A stretch of 49,871 nucleotides of DNA, from NCBI GenBank assembly GCA_014728035.1, contig WJMJ01000080.1:1-49871 (forward strand), read 5' to 3'. This document shows positions 49,248-49,871 of this stretch, one piece after another. The stretch's first letter is position 1, and each line of letters starts with the position of its first letter. The notes under the pieces were generated by a model, which was given only the letters and a program-made list of their open reading frames with translations, had not been told where the DNA came from and searched no databases. The position numbers and the translations under genes are program-made. The stretch is from Promethearchaeota archaeon. Lineage in GTDB: Archaea > Asgardarchaeota > Thorarchaeia > Thorarchaeales > Thorarchaeaceae.

Positions 49248-49817
49248 ATAGTAAGCTTTCTCAGGCTTAATCCCTCCGCTGTACAAGACTGCATATTTGG
49301 TTGCGTCAGGATCCAGCTGAAAGAGGTCAAGGTCTCCCAGTGTGCTTGCATTTTGAATCGAGTCATCATATACCCCTGGATAGTAATCCTTGGAGCTGGT
49401 AGCGATGAGCTCACTAAAGTCAATAGAAAGAACTAGGTCTGACTCATCTCCCCAGCCTATCTCTCCTTTCACTGAAACTCTTTCTCCAATATGGTCTGCC
49501 ATAGAATCTGGAACGTTACCTGTCATTATGACATAATTTGAAGGATTGAGCGAATTATTGACATAGGCAGCTGGATTAGAGATTAGTAGATGGAAATCAT
49601 TAGATTTCACATAGTATCCTTCTAAGGTCAGAATCTCTCCTATATGACTGGTTGGATTTTCAGTTATATCTTCCAGGCCCTGCGGAACATTTTCCGCTGG
49701 AACTGACGGCTGATAGAACATAAAATAATACACTGTTGCTGCATTAGTGATTATAAGAATGAACACTAGAGCTAGCAAAGATTTTGATTTGCCTGCTTTC
49801 TTTGGCATGCTTTTCAC
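49248..49817 (-). pseudogene. N-terminal part of the interrupted C13-like peptidase (signal-anchor, OB-fold-like domain, first catalytic-domain strand)
   Basis: Basic N-terminus plus TM; HIGEILTLEGY / HIGERVSVKGEI; ends KYAVLYSGGIKPEKAYY. The last ~11 aa of track ORF 49212-49817 come from the insert. Confidence 0.8.
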
Positions 49818-49871
49818 ATCTATTTTGATAATTGAATAATGGATATGGGTCTAATAGCTAATAAATTGAGA

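Noticed and set aside
1-49871. CRISPR arrays, tRNA/rRNA genes, and the many short antisense or nested ORFs in the track
   Set aside because: No regularly spaced repeats or cloverleaf/rRNA signatures were seen; the short ORFs overlap well-supported genes and lack motifs.

Overview
About 50 kb of low-GC archaeal chromosome, most likely from an Asgard archaeon (Thorarchaeia-like). This placement is inferred from GGTGA/GGAGG Shine-Dalgarno sites, a Rab-like GTPase, a 7TM-longin-like fusion, a gelsolin-like mini-protein, LRR and PAS/GAF kinase genes, and a eukaryote-type SECIS. The core is an hdrC-hdrB-hdrA1-hdrA2-mvhD-wHTH-mvhG-vhuA-vhuU operon (27.9-35.5 kb). The ORF track misses its last gene: a 50-aa VhuU selenoprotein (RCYDC-U-LSCGAH, in-frame TGA at 35374-35376) supplying the C-terminal Ni-binding motif that the large subunit lacks. 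It is followed by a eukaryote-like SECIS whose AUGA core contains the gene's own stop codon. HdrA is split into two complementary paralogues. At the right end, a membrane-anchored C13/clan-CD peptidase gene is broken in two by a ~4.08-kb insert with no recombinase, hairpins at both ends, a CGAT/AT junction repeat and an LRR cargo gene; both halves remain intact and rejoin in frame. Also present: a 21-bp palindromic direct repeat bracketing a surface-protein gene, a decayed peptide deformylase pseudogene, an apparently inactive glycogen debranching enzyme, AOR, three orphan histidine kinases, a DEAH helicase and large surface proteins. No rRNA, tRNA or CRISPR array was seen. All calls come from reading motifs by eye; no searches were run.
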